Shown here piece after piece: positions 51,288 through 62,530 of a stretch of DNA of 64,000 bases; the stretch's first letter is position 1, and each line of letters opens with the position of its first letter. This DNA is from Negativicutes bacterium (GTDB taxonomy: Bacteria; Bacillota; Negativicutes; UBA1444), in assembly GCA_963665275.2 (NCBI GenBank), contig CAXXIN010000013.1, positions 1 to 64,000 of the forward strand. Reading direction: 5' to 3'. Both the position numbers and the translations under genes were made by a program. The notes under the pieces are model-generated. The model saw only the letters and a program-made list of their open reading frames with translations, did no database searches and had not been told where the DNA came from.

Positions 51288-52124
51288 CTAATCCTGCCAT
51301 TTTCGCAGTACAGTTTCCAGCACCATCACCGTGCTGACGGTTCCGATCCCACCCGGGACCGGCGTAATAGCCGACGCCACCGCGCTGACGCTTTCATAAT
51401 CGACATCACCGACAATAGAGCCGTCCAACTCGTTGATGCCCACATCCACCACCACAGCGCCCGGTTTGATCATCTCCCCGGTAATCAGGCGGGGCTTGCC
51501 GACGGCTGCCACTACCATGTCAGCCTGCCGCAGAAAATATTCCAAATGGGGGGTTTTCGAATGGCAGACCGTTACTGTCGCATCCCGCGCCAGCAAAAGC
51601 TGAACCAACGGCTTGCCGACGACATTGCTGCGTCCGACGATCACGGCATGTTTGCCGGCGATAGGGATCCCGTAGTAATCCAGAACTGTCATGACCGCCC
51701 TCGGCGTGCATGGCGCCCAGGGGCTCTTGCCTGCCGCCACCAGTCCGACATTGAGGGGATGCATGGCATCCACATCCTTATCCGGATCGATGCTGCGGGC
51801 CACGATGTCCGCATCGATCTGCGCCGGCAACGGCATCATCGGCAAAATGCCACTGACCACTGGGTTTTGGTTAAGCTGGCCGATCAGTTCCAAAATTTCC
51901 GTCTGCGTCGTTTCCCCAGACAACGCAGCCAGGTGATAGTTGATCCCCAGACTGCTGCACAACTTGCCGAGCCATTCCGCATAAATAATGGAGGCATGAT
52001 TGTCACCCACGAGGAGCACTGCCAGTCCGCATTCGACATTTTTCGCCTGCAGGCGTTTCGCTTTTTCGGCCAGCCGGGCCCTTACGGCGGCAGCTGCCGG
52101 TTTCCCTTCCAGAATCAGAGCCAT
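51288..52124 (-). CDS. folD: Methylene-THF dehydrogenase/cyclohydrolase
   Basis: KDVD, PCTP, GRSNVVGKP, DVGIN, TPVPGGIG. Confidence 0.95.
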   Translation of the reverse strand: MALILEGKPAAAAVRARLAEKAKRLQAKNVECGLAVLLVGDNHASIIYAEWLGKLCSSLGINYHLAALSGETTQTEILELIGQLNQNPVVSGILPMMPLPAQIDADIVARSIDPDKDVDAMHPLNVGLVAAGKSPWAPCTPRAVMTVLDYYGIPIAGKHAVIVGRSNVVGKPLVQLLLARDATVTVCHSKTPHLEYFLRQADMVVAAVGKPRLITGEMIKPGAVVVDVGINELDGSIVGDVDYESVSAVASAITPVPGGIGTVSTVMVLETVLRKWQD

Positions 52125-52139
52125 CGCGCGGAAACCCTC

Positions 52140-53810
52140 CTAAAACAATCCGGAAATCCGGCCTTCATTATCCACATCGATCTTCTCAGCCGCCGGCACG
52201 CGAGGCAACCCCGGCATGGTCATGATTTCACCCGTCAGCATCACCACGAAGCCTGCGCCAGCAGAAACCTTCGCTTGCCGGACCGTTATGCAAAATCCTT
52301 GTGGCCGCCCCAGCAGCGTGGGATCATCCGACAACGAATACTGGGTCTTGGCCATGCAGACAGGAAAATTCCCGTAGCCCATGGCCGTGAGTTTTTCGAT
52401 GCTTTGCTCCGCCTCTTTCGTGAACAGCGCATCCTCCGCACCGTATATTTCCCGGGCAATAGTCCGAACTTTTTCCTTGAGAGGCATTTCCAGCGGGTAA
52501 ATCGGCTGGTAGGAGCCCTGATCTTTTTCCAGCAGGGCCAGCAGTTTCTCGGCCACGGCGATGCCACCATCGCCGCCGTCGCTGAACACCTTCGACTCTG
52601 CCGCCGGCACGCCGTGCCGTTCACAGATGGACAGCACTGCGGCCAACTCAGCTGCGGTGTCCGTCGGGAACCGGTTGACGGCTACCACGATGGGCAGGCC
52701 AAACTTCTGCATGTTTTCGATATGCTTCTCCAGATTGCCGGCTCCATGCACAACAGCCTGCACATTTTCCACGCCAAGCTCAGCTTTTGGAACACCGCCG
52801 TGCATCTTGAGCGCCCGAACTGTGGCGACCAGTACGACGGCCGCCGGTTTGAGGCCGCCCATCCGACATTTGATATCGAGGAACTTTTCTGCGCCGAGAT
52901 CTGCGCCGAAGCCTGCTTCCGTCACCGCATAATCCGCCAGCTTGAGTCCCATCCGGGTCGCCGACAGGCTATTGCAGCCATGCGCGATATTCGCGAATGG
53001 ACCTCCGTGGATGATGGCCGGCACATTTTCCAGCGTCTGCACCAGATTGGGTTTGATGGCTTCCTTGAGCAGCGCCGCCATCGCGCCGTGCACCTTGAGC
53101 GCGCCTGCAGTGACCGCATCGCCGGCATAAGTATACCCGACCACGATCCGGGAAAGTTTTTCTTTCAAATCCGAAATGTCTTTTGAAAGGCAGAGCACCG
53201 CCATGACTTCCGAGGCCACGGTGATATCGAAGCCGTCTTCGCGTGGCACTCCATGGGCTTTGCCGCCCAACCCGACGACGATATTGCGCAGCGCGCGGTC
53301 ATTCATGTCCACCGCCCGCCGCCAAACGATCCGACGTGGGTCAATGCCCAGAACATTGCCCTGTTGGAGATGGTTGTCAAGCGCAGCCGAAAGCAGGGCA
53401 TGCGCTGTCGAAATCGCATGGAAATCCCCGGTAAAATGCAGGTTGATGTCTTCCATCGGCACTACCTGAGAATAACCGCCCCCTGCCGCACCGCCCTTGA
53501 GTCCCATGCAGGGGCCCAGAGAAGGTTCGCGGAGCATGATGATGGCTTTTTTGCCCAGTTTAACGAGAGCCTGGGTCACCCCGATGGTCGTTGTCGTTTT
53601 GCCTTCTCCGGCAGGCGTCGGCGTGATCGCCGTCACCAGGATCAGCTTGCCATCGGGCCGCGACCCGATGTCCTTCCATAGATCCAGCGATAGTTTGGCC
53701 TTGTAATGCCCGTAATTTTCAACGTGCCGGCTGTCTATTCCCAAAGCTGCGGCTATTTCGCCGATAGGTTTCATGTGGGCGGCCTGGGCGATTTCGATGT
53801 CACTAAGCAA
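52140..53810 (-). CDS. fhs: Formate-tetrahydrofolate ligase
   Basis: [42 protein letters not shown]. Confidence 0.97.
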   Translation of the reverse strand: MLSDIEIAQAAHMKPIGEIAAALGIDSRHVENYGHYKAKLSLDLWKDIGSRPDGKLILVTAITPTPAGEGKTTTTIGVTQALVKLGKKAIIMLREPSLGPCMGLKGGAAGGGYSQVVPMEDINLHFTGDFHAISTAHALLSAALDNHLQQGNVLGIDPRRIVWRRAVDMNDRALRNIVVGLGGKAHGVPREDGFDITVASEVMAVLCLSKDISDLKEKLSRIVVGYTYAGDAVTAGALKVHGAMAALLKEAIKPNLVQTLENVPAIIHGGPFANIAHGCNSLSATRMGLKLADYAVTEAGFGADLGAEKFLDIKCRMGGLKPAAVVLVATVRALKMHGGVPKAELGVENVQAVVHGAGNLEKHIENMQKFGLPIVVAVNRFPTDTAAELAAVLSICERHGVPAAESKVFSDGGDGGIAVAEKLLALLEKDQGSYQPIYPLEMPLKEKVRTIAREIYGAEDALFTKEAEQSIEKLTAMGYGNFPVCMAKTQYSLSDDPTLLGRPQGFCITVRQAKVSAGAGFVVMLTGEIMTMPGLPRVPAAEKIDVDNEGRISGLF

Positions 53811-53926
53811 CGGTGATCCCTCCTTGTATCGCAATCAGAATTCCAGAATCAGACGTTTAGGAAAGTTACTTTCAGTATCTGTTTCTTTCGTGAGAATCGA
53901 TGCTTTTTCCTGCAGAACCGCCGGCA

Positions 53927-55654
53927 CTATTTCGGCCGCTTGCGCCGCAAAAGTTCCCGCACTTCTGCCACATCCCTCGTATTCAAAACATCAGCAGGTT
54001 CCAGCCAACCTTTGCGGGCAATGCCAATCCCGTAGGAAACGACGGACAGTTCTTCCGTAGAGTGCGCATCCGGATTGACGGCCAAAAGCACGCCCGCTTC
54101 TTTTGCCTGACGGCACCAGCGCCAATCAAGATCGAGGCGGTAGGGGCTCGCGTTAATCTCGATTATCGTGGCGGTTTCCGCAGCCGTCCTGAGGATCGCG
54201 TTCAGATCGACCGGGTACCCTTCTCGGGCCAGTAGCAGTCTGCCTGTGGGATGTCCCAGCATCGTCAGGTACGGACTCTGCATCGCTTTCACGATCCGCT
54301 CGGTCATGGCCCGTTCCTCCATGCCGAAAGAAGAGTGCACAGAACCGATTACAAAATCAAATCCGGACAGTACTTCGTCGGAGTAGTCCAACGAACCGTC
54401 CGGTAAAATATCACTCTCTATTCCGGCAAATATTCGAAAATCCGGATGCGCCGCATTGTACTCATCGATTTCACGGCGCTGATCCGCCACGGCTTCGTCC
54501 TTGAGCCCGCCGGCATAAAAGGCGCTCCGGCTGTGGTCGGTGATCCCGATATAGCTCCAGCCGATTTTCCGGGCGGCTGCCGCCATCTGCGCCACTGTTG
54601 CCCGGCCGTCCGACCAGGTCGTGTGCAGATGAAAGACGCCACGCAACTGGTTTTCCTTCACGAGTTCCGGTAGCGTCCCGGCCAGCGCGGCTAAAATTTC
54701 ATCGCCGCCTTCCCGTAGTTCCGGCTCGATATAGGCCATCCCCAACAACCGGTACAGAGCTGCTTCATCCTCAATCGGAACCTGTGAACCGTCAGTGCGT
54801 TCCACACCGTATTCGTTGATTTTCAAACCCATATCCCTTGCCAGACCCCGCAGGTTCACGTTGTGTTCCCGGCTTCCAGTGAAATGATGCAATGCGCAGG
54901 GGTACTCCTTCGGCGTCACCGCCCGCACATCCACATTCAGTCCGTTTCCCAGGGTGACGCTGGTTTTGGTCGGACCTTGGGCGATCACGGACAGCAGGCC
55001 GGGAAGTTCGATCACCGCCTGCATCACTGGCGTCGAATCTATTGCTCCCACCACGATGTCGATATCCCCAATGGTTTCCTTTTGCCGGCGGATGCTGCCG
55101 GCTACCGCGGCCGCGCTTACCCCCGGGATTTTCGCCAACTGCATGACGATTTTCTCCGCCACCGGCCGGGCATCGCTGATCAGATACCGGCCCTGAAAAC
55201 GTCGCAGGGATTCGATTCCTGCCAGTATCTTCGTCTGCGTTTTGGCGCCGAATCCAGGAAGTTCCACCAGTCGGTTTTCCTTGCAGGCATATTCCAGTTC
55301 GCCAATGGACGCTACTCCCAGCTTCGAATGAATGGCCAGCGCTTTTTTGGCGCCCAGGCCGGGAATCTTGACCATTTCGAACAGCACAGGGGGAATCGAC
55401 GCCTTGAGATCATCATGGTAAGCAATGCGACCGGTTGCAATAAATTCCGCTGCTTTGGCTGCGATCGCCTTGCCGACGCCCGGAATATCTTCCAGCCTGC
55501 CCTCTCGGGCCAACACTGCCGGATCTTCATCCAGCTGCTCAAAAACGCGGGCCGCAGCTTCGTAAGCGCGGATTTTAAAAGGGTTATCACCCTTCAGCTC
55601 CAACCATGCGGCAATATCCAGGAATAAACCGGCGAGTTTTTCCTTGTCACTCAT
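53927..55654 (-). CDS. polX: DNA polymerase X with PHP domain
   Basis: NPFKIRAY, GSIRR...GDID, HFTGS, HLHTTWSDG, TDHS, DAH. Confidence 0.95.
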   Translation of the reverse strand: MSDKEKLAGLFLDIAAWLELKGDNPFKIRAYEAAARVFEQLDEDPAVLAREGRLEDIPGVGKAIAAKAAEFIATGRIAYHDDLKASIPPVLFEMVKIPGLGAKKALAIHSKLGVASIGELEYACKENRLVELPGFGAKTQTKILAGIESLRRFQGRYLISDARPVAEKIVMQLAKIPGVSAAAVAGSIRRQKETIGDIDIVVGAIDSTPVMQAVIELPGLLSVIAQGPTKTSVTLGNGLNVDVRAVTPKEYPCALHHFTGSREHNVNLRGLARDMGLKINEYGVERTDGSQVPIEDEAALYRLLGMAYIEPELREGGDEILAALAGTLPELVKENQLRGVFHLHTTWSDGRATVAQMAAAARKIGWSYIGITDHSRSAFYAGGLKDEAVADQRREIDEYNAAHPDFRIFAGIESDILPDGSLDYSDEVLSGFDFVIGSVHSSFGMEERAMTERIVKAMQSPYLTMLGHPTGRLLLAREGYPVDLNAILRTAAETATIIEINASPYRLDLDWRWCRQAKEAGVLLAVNPDAHSTEELSVVSYGIGIARKGWLEPADVLNTRDVAEVRELLRRKRPK

Positions 55655-55660
55655 TACTCG

Positions 55661-57625
55661 CTACCTCGACTCAAAATAGACCTTGACCTCCGCCCCCCAC
55701 GGCGCCGCTGAATTCGGGGGCAGGCTTTGACGAACAGCAACCCCGCTTCCTTCGGGCAGCAACGAAAAACCTGCCTGTTTTAAAAGCAACGCCGCTTCCC
55801 GAATGGTCCTGCCTCTAACATCCGGCACAAGGATTTTCCCCTGCGTCTGAACCGGCAGCGATTTCATCGGAGTTACCGGTGCGCGCTGAGCCGTTTTGGG
55901 AGGCTGGAACGCGGGAAGGGCCTGCGACGGACGCAGTCCCAGAATCCTGACGACCTGAGTCATTGCCTCGGCGAACACCGGCGCGGCGATTTCACCACCA
56001 TAGTAGAGCCCCTTCGGGCTGTCAATCACGACCATCCCTGCCAACTGAATGTCTTCCACCGGCCCGATGCCGACAAAAGAAGCGATATAGCGACCGGGAT
56101 CATAGCCGGCGCCATTGTCCCGCAACCTTTCGGCCGTCCCTGTCTTGCCGGCGAAGCGGAACCCCTCTACTCTCGCCCTTTTACCGCCGCCTTCGGTCAG
56201 CACCTTCTCCATCAGTCCGACCATTTCATTGGCCACTTCCGGCGATACGACTTGCCGAACCAACTGCGGGGCGGAGTAACTGACCAATAGACCGTCACTG
56301 TCGCGAATTTCCTTGATAATATGAGGTTTCAGCAATTTTCCCTCATTGGCCAACGCGGAGACTGCCGTGATCATCTGCAACGGAGTGACTGCGATCGCCT
56401 GCCCTATTCCCATGGTAGCGACATCGGCTGGTTGCATTGCTTTCAGGCTAATGAGGATCCCGTCCTCTTCCCCGGGGAGTTCGATTCCTGTTGCTTTGCC
56501 GAACCCGAAGGCCTCCGAATACTTCAGCATCCGGGCTCCGCCCATACGCTTCGCGACTTCAGCGAATCCGGTGTTGATGGAGTACTTCACGAAATCCGAA
56601 AAAGGCATCCGTCCGTAGCTACCGCCGTCCCAGTTCTGGATTACCCGGCCGCCGACATCGATAGCGCCGGTATCGTTGAGCACTTCATTCGCCGTAACCA
56701 CTTTTTCCTGAATAGCCGCCGCCGCCACAACGGACTTGAAGGTGGACCCCGGCTCATAGATCGATGCAATCGCCCGATTTCGCCAGATGTTCTCCGGAAA
56801 GCGGAAGAAGGAATTCGGGTTGAAAGCAGGCCGGCTGGCCATGGCTAGAATTTCGCCGGTCTTGGGGTTCATCACGATCATGGTAGCCGCCTGCGCCCCC
56901 GTGCGTGCAAGGGCATTGTCCAGCGCCTGTTCCACCGCGAACTGAACCGCATTGTCGATCGTCAAATAGATGGATTGACCGGACTTGGGCTTCTGAAAAG
57001 CGAAAATTGATTTGAAAATCGGGATTCCCTTGCTGTCGGTGTCCAGAATCTGTTTGTGGGTCTGCCCACGGATCGAATCATCCATCGCCATCTCGATACC
57101 GGTCAGCCCCTTGTCATCAGTGCCGACGAAGCCCAAAATGTGAGCAGCCAAAAAGTCATTGGGATAGACGCGCCGACTCTCTTCCAGAAATCCCAGGCCG
57201 CGAATTTTGTCCCTGGCAATCGCCTCAGCCACTCGCTGGTACTCGTCAGGTTCCAAGGTCCGTTTCAGCCAGATGAAAGCCCCCTTCACCTTCAGCCGAT
57301 CCTGCAGCAATTTTTCGTCCATGTTGAGCAGTTGCGCAAGCTGTTTCGCCAACTTGTCCGGTTCTTTTACTTCCCGTGGATCGGCATACAGAGACTTGGC
57401 CATATGGCTGATGGCCAGTTCCTTGCCCTTTCTGTCATAGATCGCCCCGCGCGGAGTTTTCAGACTGCGGCTCTCCTGCAGCTGTTCACGCGCCCGCTCG
57501 GACCATATCCGCCCGTCCACGAGCTGAACCCAGGCCAAGCGTCCTGCCAGCAGGAACAATAGGCCGACAAGCAAAAGGCATAATTTCTTAAAGCGTTTTC
57601 CTGAAGGCAAATTACTTACAGACAA
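55661..57625 (-). CDS. Class B penicillin-binding protein (FtsI/SpoVD-like) with PASTA domain
   Basis: RGAIYDR, STFK, SIN, KTGT; probable TTG start 57625. Confidence 0.92.
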   Translation of the reverse strand: MSVSNLPSGKRFKKLCLLLVGLLFLLAGRLAWVQLVDGRIWSERAREQLQESRSLKTPRGAIYDRKGKELAISHMAKSLYADPREVKEPDKLAKQLAQLLNMDEKLLQDRLKVKGAFIWLKRTLEPDEYQRVAEAIARDKIRGLGFLEESRRVYPNDFLAAHILGFVGTDDKGLTGIEMAMDDSIRGQTHKQILDTDSKGIPIFKSIFAFQKPKSGQSIYLTIDNAVQFAVEQALDNALARTGAQAATMIVMNPKTGEILAMASRPAFNPNSFFRFPENIWRNRAIASIYEPGSTFKSVVAAAAIQEKVVTANEVLNDTGAIDVGGRVIQNWDGGSYGRMPFSDFVKYSINTGFAEVAKRMGGARMLKYSEAFGFGKATGIELPGEEDGILISLKAMQPADVATMGIGQAIAVTPLQMITAVSALANEGKLLKPHIIKEIRDSDGLLVSYSAPQLVRQVVSPEVANEMVGLMEKVLTEGGGKRARVEGFRFAGKTGTAERLRDNGAGYDPGRYIASFVGIGPVEDIQLAGMVVIDSPKGLYYGGEIAAPVFAEAMTQVVRILGLRPSQALPAFQPPKTAQRAPVTPMKSLPVQTQGKILVPDVRGRTIREAALLLKQAGFSLLPEGSGVAVRQSLPPNSAAPWGAEVKVYFESR

Positions 57626-57630
57626 AATCT

Positions 57631-58701
57631 CTACGAACCTTTCTCCTGCAATAGTTCCCCGAATTCTTTGTCCACCCGGGCTGCCACCTTGCGATGCGGG
57701 CCGGCCCAAATCGCCGTCTGCAGCTCGTCGCGGCCCATCCATCGGGTTCCGTCAGCAGTTTTTTTCTGTATCCGCGGCGCCTTGCAATGAAAAATGCGCA
57801 TCCGCCATTCGCGGTGACTGAACGTGTGTGTCAAAGAGAACCACTCCGGTTCCAGCGACACCTCATGCCCCGTCGCCTGAAACCTTGCTTCAAGCAGTTC
57901 GATGCCCTCAGCGGAGGGAAACTCCCACATGCCGGCCAGCAAGCCTTTGGCGGGACGTTTCATGGCCAAAACCCGGCCGTCGGCGATTAAAATTCCAGTA
58001 TATACTTCCACGATCCGCACCGGAAGCGAACTCTTTTTTCGCGGCAGTGATCCCTGCACCCCGCTCTGGCGTGCACTGCAAAATTCTTTCCAAGGGCATT
58101 CCTCGCAGCAAGGATTCCTTGGCAGACAAACGATCGCGCCGAGTTCCATCAAGGCCTGGGTGATGTCCCCGTAGCGGGGGATTGTCGCCATCATGGCCCG
58201 AATCGTCGTATCAATCCGACGTCTCGCGCCTGCCTGCTCAATCAGATCCTCGATCTTCAGCAGCCGGCTGAGTACGCGGAGCACATTCCCGTCAATAGCC
58301 GGTTCCGGCTTGTTATGCGCGATGCTGAGGATCGCGCCTGCCGTGTAAGCGCCGATACCGGGCAGTGAAACCACCGCCTCGTGGGAGTCCGGCATTTGTC
58401 CGCCGTAACGCTCCACGACTTCCCGAACGCCGCGCTGCAGGTTACGGGCGCGGGAATAGTAGCCCAGTCCCTGCCAGAATGACATCAGTTCTTCTTCCGG
58501 TGCGCCGGCCAACGCCTGCATATCCGGAAACCGCTCCAGAAAACGTTGATAGTAAGGGATAACCGTTTCGACCCGGGTCTGTTGCAACATGATCTCAGAT
58601 ACCCAGATCCGGTATGGGTCGTTATCCGAGCGCCACGGCAAATTCCGCCGCGACCGGTCGTACCAGTCCAGCAGGCTCGTCGTCAGCTGTTCATCTGTCA
58701 T
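57631..58701 (-). CDS. mutY: A/G-specific adenine glycosylase
   Basis: SEIMLQQT, GLGYYSRARN, LPGIGAYT, FeS cysteine motif. Confidence 0.95.
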   Translation of the reverse strand: MTDEQLTTSLLDWYDRSRRNLPWRSDNDPYRIWVSEIMLQQTRVETVIPYYQRFLERFPDMQALAGAPEEELMSFWQGLGYYSRARNLQRGVREVVERYGGQMPDSHEAVVSLPGIGAYTAGAILSIAHNKPEPAIDGNVLRVLSRLLKIEDLIEQAGARRRIDTTIRAMMATIPRYGDITQALMELGAIVCLPRNPCCEECPWKEFCSARQSGVQGSLPRKKSSLPVRIVEVYTGILIADGRVLAMKRPAKGLLAGMWEFPSAEGIELLEARFQATGHEVSLEPEWFSLTHTFSHREWRMRIFHCKAPRIQKKTADGTRWMGRDELQTAIWAGPHRKVAARVDKEFGELLQEKGS

Positions 58702-59918
58702 CGTCCGTGCTGCGCCAATCGCTCTGCCAGGGTCTGTTTGGGCCGAAGGGAGGTCTGTTTTTGCGGCGCGTCACCGCCGGGCTTTTTGCCCCGCCGGGCC
58801 GACTCCACAGCTACGCTGAACAGCAGCCCCATCGCCCAGATGTTGACGAACAGGGCAGTCCCGCCGTAACTGAAAAAGGGCATAGGCACACCGGTAACCG
58901 GCAACAGGCTTAGCACCATGGCAATATTGCCGACTGCCTGCCCCACAATCATGAACACGATTCCGATCGCCAGGATGCGTCCCCGCCCGTCGGAAGACTC
59001 CAGCGCGATGCGGATGCCGTAACAGGCCATGGCTCCGATCAGCAACAACACGAGCACGGCGCCGACGAACCCTGTTTCCTGCGCCCAGATCGCGAAAGCA
59101 AAATCGGTGTGGGCCTCCGGCAGATAATAAAATTTACTTGCCCCCATGCCCAGCCCGGTTCCCTTAAGTCCGCCGGAGCCGATCGCCAGCAGGGACTGCA
59201 GCGGCTGATAGCCGCTGGTCTGCGAATATCCTTCCGGATTGAACCAGGCCAGAATACGTTCAGCTCGGTAGGCCGCGCGAAAAGTGAGCCAGAGGACCCC
59301 TGCGCTGCCGCACACAGCCAGTAGGATCTTTTCCCGGTTCGGAATGCCTGCCACCAGGTAGGGAACCAGGCACATCGCGCCGATGATCATACCGGTCCCC
59401 ATATCCGGCTGGATGGTCACCAAGGCGGCCATCGCCCCGGTCACCAACAGCGGGTATGAGAATAGCGAAACGGACCTGCGATCCAGCCGGGGTCCGATGT
59501 ATGCCGCCGCCAGCAATACAGCGACCAGCTTCGCCAGCTCGGACGGCTGAAACGTCGTAATCCTGCTCAAAGAAAGCCATCGTCGCGCCCCGTTGGCTTC
59601 GATGCCAAAAAAAAGAACGGCGATCAACAACCCGATCGTCACGATCGCGCAGATCGATATGCGTTTCAAAAACCAGTTGTAGCCCTTGCTGATGATAAAG
59701 GCCATACCGGCCAAACCGATGGCGGTAGCGGCAAAATGGCGTTTCAGAAAGTACAGGCTGTCGCCGAGCAGCTGCGATCCCAATACAAAACTGGCGCTGA
59801 ACACGTTGACCGTGCCGACCAGAAACAGCAGGATCGTCACAAAACCCAGCCCCTCGAGAGGGCTCGCCCATATCCGCGGCCAAAACCCCACGCGGACCGG
59901 CGTCTCCATCTCAGCCAA
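58698..59918 (-). CDS. ftsW: SEDS protein FtsW/SpoVE
   Basis: GARRW, QPSELAK, QPDMG, LPEAHTDF, SYGGT. Confidence 0.88.
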   Translation of the reverse strand: MAEMETPVRVGFWPRIWASPLEGLGFVTILLFLVGTVNVFSASFVLGSQLLGDSLYFLKRHFAATAIGLAGMAFIISKGYNWFLKRISICAIVTIGLLIAVLFFGIEANGARRWLSLSRITTFQPSELAKLVAVLLAAAYIGPRLDRRSVSLFSYPLLVTGAMAALVTIQPDMGTGMIIGAMCLVPYLVAGIPNREKILLAVCGSAGVLWLTFRAAYRAERILAWFNPEGYSQTSGYQPLQSLLAIGSGGLKGTGLGMGASKFYYLPEAHTDFAFAIWAQETGFVGAVLVLLLIGAMACYGIRIALESSDGRGRILAIGIVFMIVGQAVGNIAMVLSLLPVTGVPMPFFSYGGTALFVNIWAMGLLFSVAVESARRGKKPGGDAPQKQTSLRPKQTLAERLAQHGR

Positions 59919-60591
59919 TCTCAGTCGCCTCCTCCGTCACTTTGCAGAACCGCGCCTCACAAAAGTGCACAGGCAACCCCGCTGCAGAAAACTTCTCCTC
60001 ATATTCTGTCATGATGGGCTGACTCTCCAAATTACCGGCATGAAAATCATACGACACAGCCAGTAGGTCCATGCCTACTGCCTCAAACGAACCCAGTGAA
60101 TAGTCGAACAGATCCCGATTATCCGTTTTCAGACGAAGGACTCCTGTCGGCGCCAGCACCTGCCGGTAAAGAGCCAGGAAATCTTCGTGCGTCAGCCTTC
60201 TTTTATCATGGCGGTTTTTCGGCCAAGGATCACAAAAATGGATGTAGAGACCGTCGATTTCGGCCGGAGCAAACAGTTGCGTCAAAAACTGCACATCGCC
60301 CAGGATGAATTTCAAATTATCCAGCCCCAGTTCACGGGCCTTTCGTACCGCCTGCACGAGCACGCCGGGCTCCTTCTCCATGCCGATAAAACAAGCCTCT
60401 GGATGTTTTTGCGCCATCTCGCGCAGAAACTGCCCCTTGCCGGTTCCCAGTTCGACGTACAGCGGCCCCGCTACAGGAAAACTGTTCTTCCACTCACCGC
60501 GCCCGGCAAAATTTTCGTCAAAAACCACCACGGTTCCAACAAATCCCCGCAGGATTTCCTCCATGCCGGGTCTTCTTCGCAAACGTCCCAT
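59911..60591 (-). CDS. trmB: tRNA (guanine-N7) methyltransferase
   Basis: ELGTGKG, DPWPK, KTDN, TEYEEKF. Confidence 0.95.
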   Translation of the reverse strand: MGRLRRRPGMEEILRGFVGTVVVFDENFAGRGEWKNSFPVAGPLYVELGTGKGQFLREMAQKHPEACFIGMEKEPGVLVQAVRKARELGLDNLKFILGDVQFLTQLFAPAEIDGLYIHFCDPWPKNRHDKRRLTHEDFLALYRQVLAPTGVLRLKTDNRDLFDYSLGSFEAVGMDLLAVSYDFHAGNLESQPIMTEYEEKFSAAGLPVHFCEARFCKVTEEATEIG

Positions 60592-60605
60592 CCGCCGGGA
60601 TACAC

Positions 60606-62492
60606 CTACTTTCGATTTCGTTCCAGTCCGTATTTTTCCAGATACCGATATAACGTCACTCGGCTCACTTCCAAATTGGTAGCCAGCCGGCTGATGTTGC
60701 CGCCGCAGGATTTCCACGCCTCAACAAATGCGCCCCGGTCGCGTTTCCACACTTTTCCCCAGTCACTGCCGCCCGGCAACGTCAAATCGCTCGGCTGAAT
60801 CACAGAACCATGCGCGTGGAAGAAACCCTGCTCCAGAACTCCCTGCAGTTGCTTCACATTGCCGGGCCAGTCATAATTTGACAGAAGCACGGCAGCGGCT
60901 GTCGACAATTGCTTGGCTTCCGTAGGATGCTGTTCCGACAGTTCCTTCAGGATATCTGCGGCGATCAGAGGGATATCTTTCTGGCGGCGCCGCAGGGAAG
61001 GAGTACGAATGATTGACTGTGCAACAATAAAATAAAGCTCTTCCGAAAACAGGTCCCGAGAGACCAGGCGTTTCGGATCCAAATCAGCTGCGGCAATAAC
61101 CCGCACTTCTTTTTCCTGTTTCAAAACAGCCGCCAGTTCATCGCCCAACGCGACTGTCAGCTTGTCAATTTCATCAATGAACAGGGTTCCACCCCGGGCC
61201 AGTTCAATTTTGCCTGGAATGCGGGCATCGCCGGAACCCGCCTGGCCGAATAGTTCCTGCGGCAGCAGCTCCGGCGGCGTATCGCCGCAGCGCACCGTGA
61301 TCAGCGGCCCTGCCGCATGGGGTCCCGCCTGATGAATGCCATGCGCCAGCCTTTGCTTGCCAGTGCCAGGTTCGCCGACAATCAGCAAGTGCTCCAGATG
61401 CCTGGCTGAGCGGGCTGCCTTGTCTTTCATCGCCAAAAATCGCGGCGAATCTCCCACGAGGCTGGCCAGGCTATATCGAGCCTTATACTGCGATGCGTAG
61501 GCCAAGAGCGTCTTCATGTCTTCGATCGGCGCCGACACCACCGTCACGTTCCCCACTTCACCGTCACGATAGTTGGGCCAGATGCTGGCGATATCTTCAT
61601 ACGTCTTGTTGCCGATAATCCAGACGAACTCGCGATTGAACGACGGGATTCCCAAGAAGCCCCTGGGAATCTGGGTATGACGGTAATTCAGCACGGCATC
61701 GTTCAAATCCAGCCGGCTTTCCATGCTGTGATTGCGTTTGATTCCCCGAACCAGGCGGTCGGTCCCCAGACGATTCGAGTATAAGACTTCGCCATCAGGC
61801 GCCACCTGATAGATAACCAATGGGACTTTGTCCAGAATACTTTCCCGTTCGCGGATGCGCTCTTCGAGTTCCAGCGCTTGTTCCAGCGACTGTTTCAACG
61901 TCAGCAGCAACGCCATCATGGCATCCATGGTTAGCTGACGTCCTGCCTCCCCATCCATGATCACCAGTGACAGCAAATACCGGACTTCGCCGCCTGCCAT
62001 GATCGGAGCTGTCGCCGCGTCCGAATCATGGCAGGCTTCGATCCAGATCTCCGGCCCGAATAAAACAAACGGCGTTTTATGCGTCAGGGCAATGCTGATA
62101 CTTGATGCGCCGATATCCTTTTCTCCCAGACGGGCCCCTTCCAATTCGCCCGGCGTCCGTTGATAAAAAGACATCGCATAACTTTTCAGCACATACGAAT
62201 CCCGGTCCAGCAGCAAGATGCTGATGTTGTTATGGCTGAGAAATTCACGTAGGCTCTCATAGAAACCATCGAGCTGCCTGATCAGCGGTCGAGCGGCAGC
62301 AAGTCTCTCGCCGCGCTCCGTCTCCGTCAACCTCGCCAACGGTCCGAAAGCTTTGGCGGATACTCCGGCAGCACGGCTTTTGGTCCAAGCCTCTGCCACC
62401 CACGGATGTACATTGGGATCTATGACTCCCTGCGTCATGAATTTCTGATAATACGTCTGCAACTTTTCCCGGGTTCGCTGTTCGCGGATCAT
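60606..62492 (-). CDS. AcoR-like enhancer-binding protein (GAF-AAA+-HTH) lacking GAFTGA
   Basis: GEPGTGK, GTLFIDEI, WPGNVKQL, SRVTLYR; ELFG followed by QAGSGD. Confidence 0.85.
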   Translation of the reverse strand: MIREQRTREKLQTYYQKFMTQGVIDPNVHPWVAEAWTKSRAAGVSAKAFGPLARLTETERGERLAAARPLIRQLDGFYESLREFLSHNNISILLLDRDSYVLKSYAMSFYQRTPGELEGARLGEKDIGASSISIALTHKTPFVLFGPEIWIEACHDSDAATAPIMAGGEVRYLLSLVIMDGEAGRQLTMDAMMALLLTLKQSLEQALELEERIRERESILDKVPLVIYQVAPDGEVLYSNRLGTDRLVRGIKRNHSMESRLDLNDAVLNYRHTQIPRGFLGIPSFNREFVWIIGNKTYEDIASIWPNYRDGEVGNVTVVSAPIEDMKTLLAYASQYKARYSLASLVGDSPRFLAMKDKAARSARHLEHLLIVGEPGTGKQRLAHGIHQAGPHAAGPLITVRCGDTPPELLPQELFGQAGSGDARIPGKIELARGGTLFIDEIDKLTVALGDELAAVLKQEKEVRVIAAADLDPKRLVSRDLFSEELYFIVAQSIIRTPSLRRRQKDIPLIAADILKELSEQHPTEAKQLSTAAAVLLSNYDWPGNVKQLQGVLEQGFFHAHGSVIQPSDLTLPGGSDWGKVWKRDRGAFVEAWKSCGGNISRLATNLEVSRVTLYRYLEKYGLERNRK

Positions 62493-62512
62493 CGTGCACC
62501 CCCTGTTCTTGT

Positions 62513-62530
62513 ATTATTTTATAAAATAAT
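62513..62530. promoter_or_regulatory. Perfect 18-bp palindrome in divergent promoter region
   Basis: ATTATTTTATAAAATAAT. Confidence 0.45.

Noticed and set aside
53835-53926. THF or ZTP riboswitch upstream of fhs
   Set aside because: Short spacer without the conserved motifs
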